Assembly (NCBI GenBank): GCA_030141605.1
Contig: JAQGDQ010001008.1
Coordinates: forward strand, 6,928-70,927
Direction: 5' to 3'
Origin: Tubiluchus corallicola
Lineage: Eukaryota; Animalia; Priapulida
DNA length: 64,000 nucleotides
A model generated the notes under the pieces. It was not told where the DNA came from, did not search any database, and saw nothing but the letters and a program-made list of their open reading frames with translations. Below are positions 60,701 through 64,000 of this stretch, piece by piece (the stretch's first letter is position 1; each line of letters begins with the position of its first letter). A program made the translations under genes and the position numbers.

Positions 60701-63700
60701 AAGAGGAGAAGAAACGACCACAGTGTATGTTAAATTTACATAGAGGTATATTAAAATAGCATTATAATTGATTGGAGACCATATATTGCAACTGCATGTG
60801 ACATGGAAGCATTAAAATTGTATTATAAGTATCTAGTCACACGTTCAAGTTTCTGTAAATGCTGTCTGTAAATGCTAGGCCACGTTACACAATGCAGCAG
60901 GTCTGCAAATTACGCCATCATGCAGGCTGAACACAGAATTACGTCACGGGAAACCAACACCACACAGCATCTGTTCAATGGCTTCCCAGTGTAAACACGA
61001 ACATATTTATCCAGAAAGTTCTGGAAAACCACTTCTCAACAGTAACACACATTCTCCATATTGTTCATCACCCACACTGTACCAACCAGAACACCAGCAA
61101 CAGCGAGCTCTGTCAACAACAGGCTTCTAACAGATCAATATAACAGTACCGAATTACAGTTGCTACTCGCGTGCTGCCATCTGGCGAGCTAAAACGCAAA
61201 TTTCACTTTTCACAAGCAGAGGGAACTAGCAGGGGCGTAGCTAGGTTCTAAACTTAGGGGGAGCTAGCACATAAAAAAGGCACCATGACATATGCTAAAC
61301 AATTTATTAGTGCATTGATTATTCATCTTAATTTTGTGTTTAAAATCAAAATACGGGCAAAATTAAAAGAAGTACAAAACTGAAATTAGGCCTATTACTA
61401 GATGATCATCAATAATCAGATTTGGGTCAATATGATCCTGGGTTCAATCAGTCAACCTTAACAAATGAGTTGTGTAAATGCAGGCAAACTAGGGAGGCAG
61501 GTTGGTCAAATCAAGTAATGATTCTAGAAAACTCTTCCAACGCCATTAAAAAGTAAAAAAAAGATTCGACTTTTATCCCGGATGTGAACTAAAGAGTTAA
61601 CAGTAAGATTTGGGACAATTTGGTCCTTGGTTCATTCAGTCGACCTTGACAAATGAGTTGTGTCAATTCAACCTCATTTCAAAAACACGGGAGGCAAGTT
61701 GGTCAAATAAAGTAATGACTCCATTGTTGAAAAGGCACGAATTTTGAAATATGTGATCAGGGGGAGCCGTTGCCCCTCCCCCCTTGCTTCCCCTATTAGC
61801 TACGCCACTGGGAACTAGCATACAGAAGAAAATACATAGACGGGGACAAGTTGTGAAACAAACTCCACGTACAACCCTATTTTTTTCTACAGGTAAACAA
61901 CGTGTACAGGTAAGTTGTTACCTTCGATCGAAGCAAATAACTCGGGTCTGTCCTCCTTTGTTATGATGCATTTCATTCCGATGCTCCCCTTCCGTCCCCT
62001 TTCCCTGTACGCCTTTCTGGCTTCCTCGGAGTACCACAGGTGCGACTCCATGTCCTTGACGATTTCGGCTTTGGTCTGCTTGCGGGGCTCTTGCTCCGTC
62101 GCCTCCTTGTCTTTGCTCCGCAACAAACCGGTCGTGTAGTCCACGATGCTTCTGCTGTGAGCGGCGTAGTTCGACAGGCTGGACAGGCGAGGTCGGCGAA
62201 CTTTGAACGAGTGTCGCGATTCCGGGTTCGACTTTCGGGCGCCCAGCGGAAGCTTCCTGGTGCGCGGCGCATCGGAAGCGGGAGCGGGATCGGCCGCGCC
62301 TTCGACGGCCTCGTCCGACATGATGCTGAAGTAGGGGAAGGTCGCCCTCCTGGAAAGAATCTGAGTCTCTTTCTTTTCTCCGGAATTCTCTTCCGACGGG
62401 GGGACTTCGCCCGTTTGCTTGACGTCTATCACAATTTCGTCTGTCGTTGGCACTATGAACTGGGGTGCTTGGTGATCCGGAGACGCCAAAGGAGACCCGA
62501 TATGAAACGTCCCGCCCTCTAACCTGGGCGTGGCCGGCTCGTCCGTCATCGGATTCAGGTCACCCGACCCGTTCGCGTGAGCAGCTATCGGATCACACAT
62601 TTTGTCTAACGGCTCTTTTTGGGGCGATTCGAGATCGATGAGCTTAGCGGCAGACATGGCGACCGGAATGGGCGTGGCTAACAGTACGGGGTGAGCAATT
62701 GGAGCATATTTTGCATTGACAGAATCTGAGCTATCCACACCTGTACAATGTAATAAACGCAGCTCAGAATAGATGACACTGGCATCGGTTAACCGTTTAA
62801 AAATTGACTAACCCTTAAACCAGGGGTGTGCAAATTATCTGACTAGCCGGGCCACATTAAACATTCCCACAATTCCTGTGGTCCACAGGCAGTTTGATCA
62901 AGGAGCCAAGTACAGTGGGACCTAATAACAATTTTTTTACAACCGAATTGCGCACATCATTACTACTACACTCAAGAAACTATTTTAGAAGTTATTAAAA
63001 TTTATATTACAAACCATATATTTCTACTTTCAGGACAGATAGTGGTAATTTCATTACAATGCATATTAGTAATGTGTATCACACAGTCTGTGTAGTACAG
63101 TGACATTAAGCTACAACCGTCTTGTAAGGGTAAATGGCATCCGATCTAGTAGAAAAAACTACCTGCACTATCTTTGGGATCGTGGCACAGACTTCAGCTG
63201 GATACAGTCAATTAATCGCCCTGGCCGCACTTTCATTAGGTTGACAAATCTCTTCGCGAGCCGCACAAATTCTCTCGGCGGGCCGCAATTTGCACACCCC
63301 TGGTTTAGAAGATGGGTAATGTTAGTAGGCTAAGCTGTTTAAACAAGCGATCACACACAAGATGTAGTATATGCATTGAACGATCGAAACAAAATAAATT
63401 ACAGACGAGGTAGAGATAGCAAGATAATAATTAGGAAATCAATAACGATAGATTACGCAATCAATTAAGATGCGTGCATACATTAACCTACTTCGGAAGA
63501 TTTTTGGCACTTACTGTCTCTGAAGAAATAGTTTCCTTTCTCAGAAGCACCGCAGGAACACGACAAGGCAGTGGGCGTGGTGGGCGTCGGCTCCGTCTCG
63601 TCCATCAGTCGGTCGCCGCCCTCTTCGGCCTCCTCGCCCAAGTCCGTGGCGACGGAAACGGACGTGGTGAGTGACCGCTGTTCGTCCGATACGTCGGACA

Positions 63701-63757
63701 CCTCGCTGGTTATCGTCGACATGCGGCTAAACGGGGCCAGGCGGGGACTCTGCTTTC
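45564..63757 (-). CDS. OXR1: OXR1/NCOA7 (mustard-like) TLDc-domain protein, 3' part. Exons: 63757-63515, 62740-61922, 59064-58911, 53562-53382, 50897-50781, 50029-49877, 47244-47075, 45701-45564; stop-containing exon unresolved.
   Basis: Phase-consistent GT-AG exons give [24 protein letters not shown] (OXR1/NCOA7 motif) and a TLDc domain: [27 protein letters not shown]...VFGA...[13 protein letters not shown]...[28 protein letters not shown]...[13 protein letters not shown]. Confidence 0.88.
46330..47082 (-). repeat. 38-39-bp minisatellite (~20 copies) containing exon end + donor of OXR1 exon 47244-47075
   Basis: Minus-strand unit GCTGGAGA|GTAAGTACTTTTGTACTTTATCGTTAATGT. Confidence 0.95.
47948..48272. 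mobile_element. Tc1/mariner(pogo)-type MITE, same family as 4081-4393
   Basis: TIR CAGTCAACCCTCGTTAAACCGGAC at both ends, TA flanks, near-identical interior. Confidence 0.8.
49245..49792 (-). mobile_element. 5S rRNA-derived SINE (SINE3-like), copy 2; full-length 5S head 49674-49792
   Basis: Near-identical to 4888-5433 across head and body; inserted in TA-rich sequence in an OXR1 intron. Confidence 0.8.
50154..50662. mobile_element. hAT-like MITE with 6-bp TSD; second copy 52816-53303
   Basis: CAGTTA|CAGGGATGAGAAT...ATTCTCATCCGTG|CAGTTA. Confidence 0.65.
51573..51820. repeat. (CT)n microsatellite
   Basis: Direct reading. Confidence 0.95.
52029..52698. mobile_element. Non-autonomous TTAA-target DNA transposon (Kolobok-like AG..CT termini); other copies 57546-58199 and ~690-1120 (inverted, partial)
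   Basis: TTAA|AGCAACAAGAAAA...TTTTCTTGTGCT|TTAA. Confidence 0.65.
52816..53303. mobile_element. hAT-like MITE, same family as 50154-50662
   Basis: CGTTAA|CAAGGATGAGAAT...ATTCTCATTCCTG|CATTAA; interior homologous. Confidence 0.65.
53609..55515 (+). mobile_element. 5'-truncated LINE (CR1/L2-group-like ORF2 tail 53609-54190) with a 74-bp x ~15 minisatellite (54301-55410) in its probable 3' UTR
   Basis: [17 protein letters not shown]...FKQELKSHL...[15 protein letters not shown]...[20 protein letters not shown]; AATAAA and short-repeat tail at ~55487-55512. Confidence 0.65.
55598..56140 (+). repeat. Four diverged ~130-160-bp tandem units with 5S-like internal promoter remnants
   Basis: AGTTAAGCAA at 55646, 55788, 55946, 56078, each followed by TGGAT(G/A)AG..GA..ACC-like sequence. 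Confidence 0.6.
56263..56300 (-). CDS. Candidate alternative first coding exon of a short OXR1-like isoform ([13 protein letters not shown])
   Basis: ATG-started 38-nt segment ending CG|GTACCT (phase 2), splicing in frame to exon 53562 (R-VDHLY). Donor is weak. Confidence 0.35.
56548..57347. repeat. 25-bp minisatellite (~32 copies)
   Basis: Unit CATTTGAAACATCATGCCACTAGCA. Confidence 0.95.
57546..58199. mobile_element. Kolobok-like non-autonomous element, same family as 52029-52698
   Basis: TTAA|AGCACAAGAAAA...TTTTCTTGTCCT|TTAA; shared interior. Confidence 0.65.
59400..59572. repeat. G-rich ~33-35-bp tandem repeat (5 copies)
   Basis: Unit CGTAAAGGGGAGGGGGTTACAA(G/C)GAGGTTGTCGT. Confidence 0.85.
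60343..60710. repeat. Purine-rich ~92-bp tandem repeat (4 copies)
   Basis: ATGAGTGAATGAAAGAATGGTTAGGG recurs at ~60344, 60436, 60527, 60619. Confidence 0.85.
61230..61810. mobile_element. hAT MITE
   Basis: TIR CAGGGGCGTAGCTA / TAGCTACGCCACTG with perfect 8-bp TSD GGAACTAG. Confidence 0.85.
62821..63302. mobile_element. hAT (Charlie-like) MITE
   Basis: Perfect 16-bp TIR CAGGGGTGTGCAAATT; TSD not preserved. Confidence 0.7.
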
Positions 63758-64000
63758 CTGCAAACGTAAACGCGACGTCATTCATTTTCGTAAATAACGA
63801 AACGGTTGCCACGGCAACGGGACAACGTGTCAGCTGAAAAGATGCTAGACAAGAAAATAATTCAAGCAAGCAATGATTGTGTAGCAATTTTGAAATATTC
63901 CTCATAGAACATCATTGGTTTAACATAAATACTTATGTTTTACTTTAATAAGCCTTTCCGCAATACGTAACTGAACGAAGTACACGATTTACGTATTGCA

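Noticed and set aside
61973-62522. Overlapping ORFs in other frames of the large OXR1 exon
   Set aside because: GC-rich shadow frames; the 283-aa frame splices in phase with flanking exons.

Overview
AT-rich, intron-rich invertebrate (probably protostome) genomic DNA; not prokaryotic, no CRISPR. Four host genes were assembled by hand from GT-AG exons: (1) the 3' end of a twitchin/projectin-type giant muscle kinase (+, 369-15660); (2) an intronless orphan Cys-rich secreted precursor with furin-type sites (-, 19365-20861); (3) a small secreted Kunitz-like/LDLa/Kunitz gene (+, 24064-37575) whose last intron holds a foldback element, a satellite and a decayed Ty3/gypsy element with three LTR copies; (4) the 3' part of an OXR1/NCOA7-family TLDc gene (-, 63757 down to 45564, terminal exon unresolved). 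Introns also carry a 5S rRNA-headed SINE (2 copies), many MITEs and LINE scraps. About a fifth of the window (~14 kb by rough sum) is mutually unrelated minisatellites. The most striking pattern: at least eight arrays start at a splice site, six of them copying the exon edge plus the GT or AG into the intron as decoy splice sites (up to ~33 copies), with the exon-proximal copy keeping the reading frame. All coordinates and copy numbers were read by eye.
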